From assembly GCA_044222065.1 (NCBI GenBank), contig JBGAOA010000020.1, positions 1 to 59,908 of the forward strand: DNA of 59,908 bases, read 5' to 3'. How positions within the stretch are numbered: the stretch's first letter is position 1; every line of letters begins with the position of its first letter. The stretch is from Candidatus Eiseniibacteriota bacterium (GTDB taxonomy: Bacteria > Eisenbacteria > RBG-16-71-46). Shown here in pieces: positions 40,131-50,191 of the stretch. The notes under the pieces were generated by a model, which did not search any database, was not told the DNA's origin, and saw nothing but the letters and a program-made list of their open reading frames with translations. A program made the position numbers and the translations under genes.

Positions 40131-41024
40131 TCAGCGCGGCAGCCGCTCGCGGTAGGTCGCGGGCGCGAAGCGCTTCGCGAGCGACGCGAACGTGCGATCG
40201 AGCAGGTCGAGCTTCTTCGCCAACGCGAATTCGAGACCGGGGTGCTTCGCGAGCCGGCGGTCCACGCCGTCCTCTTCGAAGCCGAGCGCGTCCACGGCGT
40301 GCAGCACGTACGAGAAGTCCTCGCCGCGCCGGGCGAAGCCGTCGAGCAGCGACTCGAAGCGCGCGTCCGACGTGCCGTAGCGCAGCGTGTGGTAGACCGG
40401 GAAGCGGATTCCGGGCGTCACGCTCACCGGGAACTGCGTGAGCGTGAGACCGGGCGCGGAACGGAAGCGCATCACGTGCGGCTCACGCTTCCAGGTGAAC
40501 GGCCACGGCCGCAGCTTCATCACGCCGAGCGGATCGCCGCTCTTGGCCGCGAGCACGAGCCGCGCGACCGTGAGCACCGGCGTCGGGTAGGCCGAGGCGT
40601 CGTACGCGTAGCCGCACGCGGCGAGCTTCGCGAGCGTGCGCTCGTTCATGTCGAAGTTCGGCGCGCGGAAGCCCACGACGCGGTCCTCAACCGCGTGCTC
40701 GAGCACCTTTCGCGAGCCCTCGAACTCGATCGCGAGCGCGCCATCGTCGAGCGAGGCGAGCGCGAGCGGGTGCGTGAGCGAGTGGCTCGCGATCTCGTGG
40801 CCGCCCGCGCGCAGGTCGCGCAGCACCTGCGGGCGCGCCGCCGCGTCGCGGCCGACGACGAACAGCGTCGCGCGGATGCCGTGCTTCGCGAACGTTCGAG
40901 CGAGCCGCGGCAGCGCGACGTCGTAGACGAGGTAGTCGGGATCGAGCCCGTGGAAACCGTAGCCGAGAAGGTGCAGATCCACCGGGTCCACATCCACGCT
41001 GACCGTCACCCGGGGACGCGGCAT
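40131..41024 (-). CDS. polysaccharide deacetylase family protein
   Basis: SVDVD, ATLFVVG, GHEIASHS.TH, GFRAP, YDAS. Confidence 0.88.
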   Translation of the reverse strand: MPRPRVTVSVDVDPVDLHLLGYGFHGLDPDYLVYDVALPRLARTFAKHGIRATLFVVGRDAAARPQVLRDLRAGGHEIASHSLTHPLALASLDDGALAIEFEGSRKVLEHAVEDRVVGFRAPNFDMNERTLAKLAACGYAYDASAYPTPVLTVARLVLAAKSGDPLGVMKLRPWPFTWKREPHVMRFRSAPGLTLTQFPVSVTPGIRFPVYHTLRYGTSDARFESLLDGFARRGEDFSYVLHAVDALGFEEDGVDRRLAKHPGLEFALAKKLDLLDRTFASLAKRFAPATYRERLPR

Positions 41025-41031
41025 CGGATCC

Positions 41032-42558
41032 TCAGCGGCGCGAAACCGTCGTGTCGGACGGCGCGGTGACCGGAACGTAGCGGTAGCGCGGATAACCCTT
41101 CTCGCCGCTCGTCGGGGCCAGGTTCGCGAAGCGGTCGCCGTAGTCTTCCGCGAGCCGGTACGACTCGCCGAGCCCGTCCCACGGTGCGCCGAGCTTCTCG
41201 AGCGGGTAGTCCGCGAACAGCACGGGGCGGTCGCTTCCCACGCGCAGCGGGTCGGCGAAGCGGTCGAGGTAGCGGGGGTCGCGGCGCTCGAGCCGGTTGC
41301 CGAACGATCGCGCGAGATCGCCGACCGCGATGATCTGCGCGCCCATCCCCTTGCCCGCGAGCGTCGCGTAGAAGCCGTGGCAGATCACGAGCACGCCGCC
41401 CGGCGTCTCGCGCAGCGTCTCGACGAAGTCGCGGCGCGCCTCGAGCGCGTGGTGGCGCGGCAGCATGCCGTGCACGGAGTAGACGAGCGGGATGAGCTGC
41501 AGCAGCAGCACGCCCCACGCGAGCGCGTGGTCGCGGTCGGCGTTCGGCGCCGCGTTGGGCGAGATCGCCCGCAGCAGCGCCTCGACCGAAATCGGACCGA
41601 GGATCGAGAAGCCGACCATCGTCGGGATGAACACGTGATGCCACGCGCTCGGATCGAGCGTGGCCATGAGGCCGGTGCACACGGAGCCCGCGCCCGCGAA
41701 CAGCCAGATCGCGCCGCGACCGCGCCACGGCGGGTTCGGCAGCGCGAGCGTGAGCATCGTCGGGATCGTGAGCACGCCGATCGTGCCGAGCAGACCGATG
41801 CCGAGGTAGCGCTGGATGCGCACCCAGCTGATCGTGGACCAGTGCGACGGCACGTTCCACGTGTAGTAGCTGAACCACGGCCCGAGCCACAGCGAGAGCG
41901 CGAGGTAGCCGAGCCCGCAGCCGAGCACCCACGGGATCGCGAACGCGCGGAAGCGCGCGCGGTCGTTCACGAACAGGTGCGCGAGCGCCGCGAACCCGAA
42001 CCACACGGCGTGCTGCTTCGTGAAGAACGACACGACGAGCAGGGCGGCCGCGAATACGGCGCCGCGCGTGCCGGTCGTCGTGCGCAGCACCGTGAGCGCG
42101 GCGAACGCGAGGCACAGCATGAGCGAGTCGGGACGCGAGAGGTCGTAGTGCCCGCCGCCCGCGAAGCCGTAACCGCCGAGGTACACGCCCGCGCCCGCGA
42201 GCGCGAGCGCCCAGCTCTTCGTCTCGCGGCGCACGGCGAACGCGATCAGCACGGTGAGCCCGAGCGTCGCGAGCGTCGAGAGGAGCCGCGGCTGCCAGAA
42301 CGCCGGGCCGAACACCTTCGCGAGGCCCGCGGTCAGCACCGAGAACACCGGCATGTACGCGAGCGTGACGTACTCGAGCGTGGGCGGCGCGTAGAGCGGC
42401 TGGCCGCGAACGATGCGGATCGCGTGGTCGAGCATCACGCCCTCGATGTAGTCGCGCTCGACCGGGTAGCGCAGGTGCATCACCGCGAGCAGCAGGAACA
42501 GCGCGACCGCCGCGAGCATGCCGGCGACGAGGCCGGCGCGAACGAGTCCGCGGATCAC
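41032..42558 (-). CDS. GT-C fold (ArnT/PMT-like) membrane glycosyltransferase
   Basis: YP....EG, RPD, FFTKQ motifs, many TM segments. GTG start overlaps upstream stop. Confidence 0.72.
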   Translation of the reverse strand: MIRGLVRAGLVAGMLAAVALFLLLAVMHLRYPVERDYIEGVMLDHAIRIVRGQPLYAPPTLEYVTLAYMPVFSVLTAGLAKVFGPAFWQPRLLSTLATLGLTVLIAFAVRRETKSWALALAGAGVYLGGYGFAGGGHYDLSRPDSLMLCLAFAALTVLRTTTGTRGAVFAAALLVVSFFTKQHAVWFGFAALAHLFVNDRARFRAFAIPWVLGCGLGYLALSLWLGPWFSYYTWNVPSHWSTISWVRIQRYLGIGLLGTIGVLTIPTMLTLALPNPPWRGRGAIWLFAGAGSVCTGLMATLDPSAWHHVFIPTMVGFSILGPISVEALLRAISPNAAPNADRDHALAWGVLLLQLIPLVYSVHGMLPRHHALEARRDFVETLRETPGGVLVICHGFYATLAGKGMGAQIIAVGDLARSFGNRLERRDPRYLDRFADPLRVGSDRPVLFADYPLEKLGAPWDGLGESYRLAEDYGDRFANLAPTSGEKGYPRYRYVPVTAPSDTTVSRR

Positions 42559-44216
42559 GAGCCCCCTCCTTCCTGAGGCGGGTGCTGCCACAGTTCCTCG
42601 GGCGCGGTCGGCGCCGTCGAGGTGTCGTCGAGCGACGGCGCCCAGCCGGGGCCGAAGCGCGACAACTCGAACAGGTGCAGCGTGCCGAGCGTGCGTCCCG
42701 CGTGCTCGACCGGATCGCTCGCGACGCGCGCCGGCTCGAGGAACGCGGGCACGCGCATGTCGGGGTTCTCGGGACTCGTCACGATCGCGACCCAGCGCGC
42801 GCCGAAGCCGCGCAGCTTCGCGACGCGCCCCGCCGTCAGCTCGTTCCAGCGCATCGGCCAGCCCTCGCGGTGCGCGCGTCCGAGCAGCCGTGGATCGGTC
42901 GGCGGCAGCGTGTTGTGGTCCGAGGTGATGACGAGGTCGCCCTCGGGCACGCGCGCTTCGAGCGCGCGGCCGGCCGCCTCACGCAGCCAGTCCACGCGGT
43001 AGTACTCGAGCCGCGGCGGGATCCACGCGGCGACGATCAGGAACGCGCCGAACGCGAGCGTCGCCGCGTGCACGGGTCCGATCCGCGGCAGACGCCGGTA
43101 CGCCCAGTCCGCGCCGAGGCCGACGAAGAACGCGCAGGGCGCGATGAGCGGCGTCTGGTAGTAGTTGTGCAGGTAGTTCAAGCGGAACAGGAACAGCACG
43201 TGGAACGCCGCGCCCGCGGCCCACGCGAGCGCGAACGCCCGCGGCGAGAGCGCGACCGGCCGGGCGCCGGCGCCTTCGGCCTCCCCGGAGCGCAGTTCCG
43301 CGCGCGCGCCGCCGTGCAGCAGCGCCGCGAGCGCGAACGGCACGCCGACGTAGGCGAACATCTCGCGCTCCATGCGCCGTCCGAGTCGCGTCCAGTTCCG
43401 CACGTCCTCGCGCTCGGCCATCGTGCCCATCCAGCGCCACAGCGGATTCACTTCCTTGTAGAAGTCGGGCAGGAACGTCCAGTCGGGCACGCGCGCGTTC
43501 ACGGCGTCCGCGTGATGCCGCCACGCGAGGAACGCCATCACGCCCGGGATCATCGCGAGCGCAACCTGCACCCACGGCAGGAACGCGCGGGCGCCCCACA
43601 GCGCGAGCGCGATCGGCGGCGCGACGGTCGCGAGGTACGGCGCCTTGACGAGGCACGCGAGCGCGCACCACAGCGCGGCGAGCACGGGGTGCTTCCAGCC
43701 GCGCTCGCCGGACGTCCGGAGCGCGTGGTGCAGGAAGCCGTTGACGCCCGCGACGACGGTGAACTCGATGTGCGGCGCGCGCGAGTAGAACACCGCGAGC
43801 GGGAACGCGAAGTAGGCGATCGTCGTGAGCCGCGCGACGCGCGTGCCGGCCACGAAGCGCGCCGCGCCGTGCAGGTGCCACGCGGAGACGAGAAAGAAGA
43901 CGAGCGAGACGACGCGGTCCCAAACGGGAGACGGGCCGAACAGCCGGTAGAGCAGCGAGGACAACGCCGGCGTGATCGGGAAGTCGAGCACGAGCGTGCG
44001 GTGCCCGCCGAGCCACGGCACCGCGGGGTGCAGGACGTCGAGGCCGCGGTGATAGAAGTCGAGCGCGTTGTGGACCGTGTCCACCTGTCGCCACGAGTTC
44101 GGATCGTCCAGCGGCCCGGACACGTGCGCGAGGCGGAGCCCGAGGAACGCGACGAGCACCGCCCAGAAGGCGAGCGTGGCGCGGTGGCTGCGGTCCGGTT
44201 CGGAGGTCGCGGGCAA
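42555..44216 (-). CDS. GT-C fold (ArnT/GT39-like) membrane glycosyltransferase
   Basis: WRQVDT, DFP, FYSR, LVK, H.YYQ.P, many TM segments. TTG start with GAGGA RBS inferred. Confidence 0.75.
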   Translation of the reverse strand: MPATSEPDRSHRATLAFWAVLVAFLGLRLAHVSGPLDDPNSWRQVDTVHNALDFYHRGLDVLHPAVPWLGGHRTLVLDFPITPALSSLLYRLFGPSPVWDRVVSLVFFLVSAWHLHGAARFVAGTRVARLTTIAYFAFPLAVFYSRAPHIEFTVVAGVNGFLHHALRTSGERGWKHPVLAALWCALACLVKAPYLATVAPPIALALWGARAFLPWVQVALAMIPGVMAFLAWRHHADAVNARVPDWTFLPDFYKEVNPLWRWMGTMAEREDVRNWTRLGRRMEREMFAYVGVPFALAALLHGGARAELRSGEAEGAGARPVALSPRAFALAWAAGAAFHVLFLFRLNYLHNYYQTPLIAPCAFFVGLGADWAYRRLPRIGPVHAATLAFGAFLIVAAWIPPRLEYYRVDWLREAAGRALEARVPEGDLVITSDHNTLPPTDPRLLGRAHREGWPMRWNELTAGRVAKLRGFGARWVAIVTSPENPDMRVPAFLEPARVASDPVEHAGRTLGTLHLFELSRFGPGWAPSLDDTSTAPTAPEELWQHPPQEGGGS

Positions 44217-44271
44217 GGACGGTCCTCGGAGAGCGAGCGAGCGGGCCGCCTGCAGGCCCGAAGGACGCGGC

Positions 44272-44300
44272 AAATTAGGTTCGGCGAGGGGTCGGGTCAA
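44272..44300 (-). promoter_or_regulatory. sigma70-type promoter for the GT-C/deacetylase operon
   Basis: Minus strand TTGACC-17 nt-TAATTT. Confidence 0.6.
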
Positions 44301-44385
44301 GCGCCGCGGAATTTCCTGTAGGGTATCGCCCGTTTCGCCGATCCACTTGACCGGAACCGGGATACCGCCCCTCGTGGAGTCCGTC

Positions 44386-45873
44386 GTGAGACCTCAGCCG
44401 CCCCGAAACGCCGCCGCCCCCGCGCTCGCGCCCCCGTCGCGCGCCGAATGGGGGGCCGTCGCGCTCGTGCTCGTCGCGGCCGCCGCCCTGCGCGTGCGGC
44501 TCGCGGCCGACACCCCCCTGTGGTTCGACGAGATCTACACCCTGTGGGTCGCCCGGCTCGCCCCGGCCGATCTGTTGCGGACGGTGGCCGGCGACATCCA
44601 CCCGCCGCTCCACTACCTGCTCGTCTGGGCCTGGCGAGCCGTGGGCGGCGAGGGCGACCTGTGGATCAAGTCGCTCTCGATCCTGTGCGGGCTCGGCTCG
44701 ATCCTCGTGGGCTGGGCCACCGCCCGCGCGATCGCCGGGCGCTTCGCGGGGCTCGCGACCGCCGCGCTGCTCGCCGTGCACCGCACGCACGTCGCGTTCT
44801 CGCAGGAGTCGCGCGCGTTCATGCTGCTGTGGCTGCTGCTCGCGGCGAGCGCGTTCACGGCCTGGCGATGGACTCGGGCCCCCGGCCGCCGCGACGCGCT
44901 GTGGCACGTCGTCACGGGCGCGGCGGCGCTCTACACCCACTACCTCGCGATCCCCGTGCTCGCGCTCCAGGCGCTGTGGGGACTCGTGACGCTGCGCCGC
45001 GACTGGAAGCGCGCGCTGCTGTGGCTCGCGCTCCAGCTCGCGATCGTCGCGCTGTTCGCGCCGCAGCTCCCGATCCTCGAGGCGCAGCGCGCCCGACTCG
45101 GCGCCGACCACTGGGTGCGGCCGCCGACGTTCGCCGACGCGATGAACCTGCTCCGCCAGCTCGGCTTCGGCGCGTGGTACCTCGCGCTGCCGCTGTTCGC
45201 GCTCGCCGCGGTGCCGTTCTCACGCGAGTCCACGCGCAAGCCCGCGCTCCTGCTCGCCGTGACGACGTTCCCGATCGTGATCGCGTGCTTCGTCGCCTCG
45301 CTCGGCCGCGGCGGCCTGTTCGTCGAGCGCTACATGTACTTCGTGCTGCCGGCGCTCGTGACGCTCGCGGGCGCCGGGCTCGCGAGCCTGCCGATCCCGG
45401 ACTCGTGGCCGCGCGCCGCACGGCTCGCGCTCCCGATCGCCGTGCTCGCGGGCTTCCTCGGGCTCGGCGGCCGCGCGCTGCTGCTCAAGCCGGTGCACGA
45501 GGAGGCGCGCAACCTCGAGGCCGCGGGGACGTGGCTCGACACGCAGGCGATCCCCGAGCACCTCGTGCTGCACGCCGAGTCGCACAGCCTGTTCTACTTC
45601 CGCCACTACCAGGGCGCGCACGGCCGCCACGTCCTGCTCATGACCCGCGAGCGCATCCCCTATTACGACGGCGACCTGCTCACGCCCGAGGACTGGCGCT
45701 GGCCGACGGACCGCCCGCCCGGCGACGACCGCTGGTGGGCGGTCGTGAACGGCACGAGCGGCATTCCGACCGAACCCGCGCGGCGCTGGATCGAGGCGAA
45801 CGGCGGCGTCCTCGTCGCGAGCTACGGAAAGGTCGAGGTCTGGACGCGGCCCGGCGTGCCCCGCGGACGCTGA
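44386..45873 (+). CDS. GT39/PMT-like membrane glycosyltransferase
   Basis: LWFDE, DIHPPLHY, SQESR, YTHY, ERY. Start uncertain. Confidence 0.85.
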   Translation: MRPQPPRNAAAPALAPPSRAEWGAVALVLVAAAALRVRLAADTPLWFDEIYTLWVARLAPADLLRTVAGDIHPPLHYLLVWAWRAVGGEGDLWIKSLSILCGLGSILVGWATARAIAGRFAGLATAALLAVHRTHVAFSQESRAFMLLWLLLAASAFTAWRWTRAPGRRDALWHVVTGAAALYTHYLAIPVLALQALWGLVTLRRDWKRALLWLALQLAIVALFAPQLPILEAQRARLGADHWVRPPTFADAMNLLRQLGFGAWYLALPLFALAAVPFSRESTRKPALLLAVTTFPIVIACFVASLGRGGLFVERYMYFVLPALVTLAGAGLASLPIPDSWPRAARLALPIAVLAGFLGLGGRALLLKPVHEEARNLEAAGTWLDTQAIPEHLVLHAESHSLFYFRHYQGAHGRHVLLMTRERIPYYDGDLLTPEDWRWPTDRPPGDDRWWAVVNGTSGIPTEPARRWIEANGGVLVASYGKVEVWTRPGVPRGR

Positions 45874-46068
45874 TCCCGCGGGACGCCGCTTGTTTCAAGG
45901 CAGGCCGCACCCTACTCTGCCGCGCGCCCGGCTGGCTGGCCGGTCGTTGCGCATCCGGCCCTGAAGCGCGTCGGGTCCCGAGCCGATACTCCGAGTGATC
46001 CGCTCCGGCGCTCGCAGGCTCGTGGCGCCGGTGCGGCCCTTCCGGCTTCCCAACTCCAGACTCCAGGG

Positions 46069-47379
46069 GTGTTCGTGGCTTCGACGGCGGCGGTGATCGG
46101 CGGCGGCATTTCCGGACTCGCGAGCGCGACCCGGCTCGCGCAGCGCGGCGTGAAGGTGACGCTGTACGAGACCGAGGAGTTCCTCGGCGGACTCGGCACG
46201 ACGTTCCAGTGGCGCGACCGCCACCTCGAGCGCTTCTACCACTGCATCCTGCCGGACGACGGCGCGCTGCTCGCGCACATCCGCGAACTCGGGCTCGAGC
46301 GCGAGCTGCTGTGGCGCGGCACGAAGATGGGCTTCCTCTACCAGGGCCGCATGTTCGCGCTCAACACGCCGATGGACCTGCTGCGGTTCTCGCCGCTCAC
46401 GGTCGTCGAGCGGCTGCGCATGGGGCTCATGGCCTTCCGCGCGCGCTCGCACGGGCTCTCGCCCGAACTCGACACGATCACGGCCGCCGACTGGATCCGC
46501 GGCATGATCGGCGACCGCGCGTTCGACGTGCTGTGGAAGCCGCTCCTGTCGGCGAAGATCGGCGACCACTATCCGGCGCTGCCGGCGCTGTGGCTGTCGA
46601 GCCGCATGAACCGCGAGAAGAACGTGAAGGCCGAGGAGAAGGGCTGCCTCGCGGGCGGTTACAAGTCGCTCATCGACGCGTTCGAGCGCAACCTGCGCGA
46701 GCGCGGCGCGACGATCCGCTTCGGCACGCGCGTGCGCCAGGTCGAGCGCGACGGAGAGCGCCTGTCGGTCGTGCTCGAGGACGGCTCCCGCTCGAGCTAC
46801 GACCTCGCCGTGTGCACGTCGCCGCTGCCCGCGTTCCAGCGCATGACGGCGGGGCTCGGGCTCGACCCGAAGCTCGCGAACCTGCAGCTCGACTATCAGG
46901 GCGTCGTGAGCGGCGTCTTCCTCATGGAGAAGCCGCTCACCCACTACTACTGGATGCCGTGGGTGGACTCGGGCGCGACCTCGCAGGGTGCGATCGAGAT
47001 GTCGAACCTCGTGCCGCTCGAGCGCGCGGACGGCCTGTACGTGACGTACCTCGTCAACTACACGCACCGCGACAGCGCGCTGTACCAGAAGAGCGACGCC
47101 GAGTTGCTCGCGCTCTACCGCAAGGACCTCGAGTCGCTGTTCCCCGAGGCCGGGCGCACCGTGCGCGAGGCGTTCCTGTTCCGCGCGCCGTTCGTCGAGC
47201 CGATCTGGACCGTCGGCTACCGCGACAAGCGGCCGCCCACGACGATCCTGCCGGGCAAGCTGTACCTGACCTGCACCGCGCAGGTGTATCCGCGCGTCAA
47301 CTCCTGGAACTCGTGCTGCGAGGTCGTCGAGGAGATGATGACCGCGCTCGCCGCCGAAGCGAAGCTCGCGCCGGCCTGA
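46069..47379 (+). CDS. FAD-dependent oxidoreductase (amine oxidase/protoporphyrinogen oxidase-like)
   Basis: VIGGGISGL..A, LGGL, LERFYH, W.PLL..K. Confidence 0.85.
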   Translation: MFVASTAAVIGGGISGLASATRLAQRGVKVTLYETEEFLGGLGTTFQWRDRHLERFYHCILPDDGALLAHIRELGLERELLWRGTKMGFLYQGRMFALNTPMDLLRFSPLTVVERLRMGLMAFRARSHGLSPELDTITAADWIRGMIGDRAFDVLWKPLLSAKIGDHYPALPALWLSSRMNREKNVKAEEKGCLAGGYKSLIDAFERNLRERGATIRFGTRVRQVERDGERLSVVLEDGSRSSYDLAVCTSPLPAFQRMTAGLGLDPKLANLQLDYQGVVSGVFLMEKPLTHYYWMPWVDSGATSQGAIEMSNLVPLERADGLYVTYLVNYTHRDSALYQKSDAELLALYRKDLESLFPEAGRTVREAFLFRAPFVEPIWTVGYRDKRPPTTILPGKLYLTCTAQVYPRVNSWNSCCEVVEEMMTALAAEAKLAPA

Positions 47380-47422
47380 TCCCTTCCGCCGCGGGCGCGG
47401 CTTCCGCCCGCCGAACCCCCGA

Positions 47423-48499
47423 ATGAAGATCGCGATCGTCGTCGGCACCCGTCCCGAGATCATCAAGATGGCCCCGGTCGTGCGCGCGTGCATCGCGCGC
47501 GGCACGCCGTACCTGCTGCTGCACACGGGCCAGCACTACTCGTTCGAGATGGACGGCGTGTTCTTCCAGGAGCTGGGCCTGCCGGCGCCGCACACGAACC
47601 TCGAGGTCGGCTCGGGCACGCAGCCCTACCAGATCGCGACGATCCTCGCGGGCTTCGAGCCCCTGCTCGCGAAGGAGCGCCCGGACGTCGTGCTCGTCGA
47701 GGGCGACACGAACTCCGTGCTCGCGGCCGCGCTGTGCGCGCAGAAGATGGGCATCGCGGTCGGTCACGTCGAAGCGGGGCTCCGCTCCTACGACCGCAAC
47801 ATGCCGGAAGAGATCAACCGCATCCTCACCGACCAGTTGTCCGAGCACCTGTACGCGCCGACCGAGAAGTCGCGTGCGATCCTCGTCGGCGAGGGCGTGG
47901 ACCCGAAGCGCATCCACGTCACGGGCAACACGGTCGTGGACGAACTGCTGCTGCAGAAGGACCGCACCGGCGGCCCCGCGCTGTTCGCGAAGTACGGCGT
48001 CGAGCCGGGACGCTACGCGCTCGCGACCGTGCACCGCGCCGAGAACACGGACCACGAGGCGCGGCTGCGGGGCATCTTCGAGGGACTCACGCGCTCGGCC
48101 GCCTCACTCGGCGTCCCGGTGCTCGCGGCGCTCCACCCGCGGACGACGGCGCGGCTCGGCGGCCTCGGGCTCTCCGTGGACGGCGCCGTGCGCGCGCTGC
48201 CGCCATTGCCCTACCTCGACTTCCTCGGGCTGCACGCGAGCGCGACGGTGGTGCTCACGGACTCGGGCGGGCTTCAGGAAGAGGCGTGCTCGCTGCGCGT
48301 GCCGTGCGTGACGCTGCGCGACAACACCGAGCGTCCCGAATCGCTGGACGTCGGCGCGAACTTGCTCGCGGGCGCCGAACCCGACGCGATCGTCGCCGCC
48401 GCGCGCACGATGTCGGCGCGCAGCCGCGACTGGCCGAACCCGTTCGGCGACGGCAAGGCCGGCGAGCGGATCGTGGACCTGCTGCTCGGCCGCGCCTGA
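47423..48499 (+). CDS. wecB: UDP-N-acetylglucosamine 2-epimerase (non-hydrolysing)
   Basis: GTRPEIIK, HTGQHY, GDTNS, HVEAGLRS, PEEINR, TDSGGLQEEA, TERPE, NPFGDG.A. Confidence 0.96.
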   Translation: MKIAIVVGTRPEIIKMAPVVRACIARGTPYLLLHTGQHYSFEMDGVFFQELGLPAPHTNLEVGSGTQPYQIATILAGFEPLLAKERPDVVLVEGDTNSVLAAALCAQKMGIAVGHVEAGLRSYDRNMPEEINRILTDQLSEHLYAPTEKSRAILVGEGVDPKRIHVTGNTVVDELLLQKDRTGGPALFAKYGVEPGRYALATVHRAENTDHEARLRGIFEGLTRSAASLGVPVLAALHPRTTARLGGLGLSVDGAVRALPPLPYLDFLGLHASATVVLTDSGGLQEEACSLRVPCVTLRDNTERPESLDVGANLLAGAEPDAIVAAARTMSARSRDWPNPFGDGKAGERIVDLLLGRA

Positions 48500-48511
48500 C
48501 GGCCGCGACGG

Positions 48512-48937
48512 CTACGGTCCGTCGCCCTCGAAGCGCGAGCCGTCGTCCTCGTGCGTGATCGCGGGATGCGCGCCCGCGAGCCCCGCGTTCAGCCGCGCCC
48601 ACTGGTAGAGCGCGACGAGGCCCGCGAACACCGCGGCCCCGCCGACGCTGAACGCCGCGATCTCGAGCACGGCGAACCAGGTCGCGCCGACCGCGCCGAG
48701 CGAGTCGGGCCACAGGGCCGGCCGCAGCGCGTACGCGAAGGCGAGCAGCGCGAAGCCGAACGGGAACGACATCGAGGCGACGCGCAGCAGGTAGGTCGCC
48801 GCGTGCTCCCGCGGTCCCTGTCGCAGGAAGAGCCCGCGCCAGAGCCATTGGAACCACGGCGAGTGTGACCAGCGTCCGGCGGCGATGACGAAGCCGCACA
48901 ACGCGGCCACCGAAGTCGGTAGCAGGAGTGCGTTCAT
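48512..48937 (-). CDS. hypothetical membrane protein
   Basis: 141-aa ORF with about three hydrophobic segments. Confidence 0.55.
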   Translation of the reverse strand: MNALLLPTSVAALCGFVIAAGRWSHSPWFQWLWRGLFLRQGPREHAATYLLRVASMSFPFGFALLAFAYALRPALWPDSLGAVGATWFAVLEIAAFSVGGAAVFAGLVALYQWARLNAGLAGAHPAITHEDDGSRFEGDGP

Positions 48938-49140
48938 GGTGGGTGTCGTCTGCGAGTGGGAAGTCCGGCTCGCGCAGCCCTGCACGGAGCCTGGACCCGG
49001 AACCCTGAAGGGTTCATCGGCAGTCGGACGCGCAAACTGTGGGGGAGAGTGTCAGTCCCGTCCGAGGGCGCGGACTCTAGAACGCGCGAGCGGGGCGCGA
49101 CAAGAGGATGTTTCTGCCGGTCCATTCCTGGCCGGCCGTG

Positions 49141-49168
49141 AGGGTTGCCGTCACGAAACGACAACCCT
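49141..49168 (-). terminator. stem-loop downstream of lipoprotein gene (possible terminator)
   Basis: Minus strand AGGGUUGUCGU-UUCGUG-ACGGCAACCCU, 11-bp stem with one G-U pair. No U tract on this strand. Confidence 0.4.
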
Positions 49169-49194
49169 TTGGGGCGGGTTCGCGGCCCCGCGCC

Positions 49195-49680
49195 TCACGG
49201 CACGGGGCAGTCGATGACCTGGGAGTCTTCGACGAAAGACGCGCGGCTCGAGACGCGCGGAAGCTTCACGATGTCGGCGGGCGTGATGGGCATCTGGGCC
49301 ACACCGCAGTGCGCTCCCGCGATGCGCGTGCGAACTTCGACGAGGAGCTTCCCTCCCGAGAGCTTCGCGCCCGCGACCTCGAACGACGCGTCGCTCGCCC
49401 CGCGCGCGCCGAGCGCCGCGATCACGACGATGTTCCGGTCGAAGTCCACGTTCGGTCGCGGCGGTACGGTCCCGGCGGCGAAAGCGCGTTCCCAGGCGCC
49501 GGCGAAGTCGCGCGAGTTGGTGATCACGAGACGTGCGGGCCGGTCGTACCCCGACACCGGGAGCGAAGTCCCGCTCGGGGTGAGTCGCGTCAGCGTGACG
49601 GGGCCGTCGGGGCGAGTGGTGTCGGAGAGGCAGCCGGAGAGCGCGGCGAGCGCGACGACGAGCAGGGCGAGACGCAGCAT
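49195..49680 (-). CDS. lipoprotein, PrcB C-terminal-like domain
   Basis: Lipobox LSGC, VI....W, P.VDF....VV..ALG, C...Q.IT.P..IV.LP. Confidence 0.72.
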   Translation of the reverse strand: MLRLALLVVALAALSGCLSDTTRPDGPVTLTRLTPSGTSLPVSGYDRPARLVITNSRDFAGAWERAFAAGTVPPRPNVDFDRNIVVIAALGARGASDASFEVAGAKLSGGKLLVEVRTRIAGAHCGVAQMPITPADIVKLPRVSSRASFVEDSQVIDCPVP

Positions 49681-49726
49681 GTCGTACCTCGAATCCCGGT
49701 GAGGAGTGGCCAGGGCGAGGCCGATT

Positions 49727-50191
49727 CTAGCGACGCTTGCGTCCGGCGCGCGAGGACGAATTCGCCCGGGGGCGGGCGACCGCCGCCGCACGGCGCCGAG
49801 CAGCGCCCGTGCGCCCCGGCGCCCACGCGTGCCGATCGAGCCGGGCGCGGCCGCGGGCGTCGAACGTCACGCCCTCGGCTTCGAGCCGGATGCGCTGCGT
49901 GAGCGCCCCGTCCAGGCTGAGCCGTCCGAGCGAGAGCCTCCCTCCCGCGCCGAGCACGCGGTGCCACGGGACCGGCGAGCCGTCGGGCAGCGCGTGGAGC
50001 GCGTAGCCCGCGAGCCGCGGCGCGTGCGCGTAACCCGCGAGCGTTGCGACCTGGCCGTACGTCGCGACGCGGCCGCGCGGAATGCGCCGCACGACGGCGA
50101 GGATCTTCGCGTACGCGCTCCCGGCCGCGGGGCCGCGGGTCGCGGCGGGCGGACGCGTCCCGCGCGCGCGCCCGCCGCGACCGGGCGTCAT
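49727..50191 (-). CDS. alkyltransferase-like protein (ATL, MGMT family, Trp at active-site position)
   Basis: VRRIPRGRVATYGQVA, VPWHRV, L.AEGV.F. ATG overlaps valS stop. Confidence 0.9.
   Translation of the reverse strand: MTPGRGGRARGTRPPAATRGPAAGSAYAKILAVVRRIPRGRVATYGQVATLAGYAHAPRLAGYALHALPDGSPVPWHRVLGAGGRLSLGRLSLDGALTQRIRLEAEGVTFDARGRARLDRHAWAPGRTGAARRRAAAVARPRANSSSRAGRKRR

Noticed and set aside
48940..49080. Riboswitch (ykkC/guanidine-like AGGGUUCCG on the minus strand) upstream of the small membrane protein
   Set aside because: Only a short motif matches and the 3' conserved elements are not visible. An Rfam scan would be needed.
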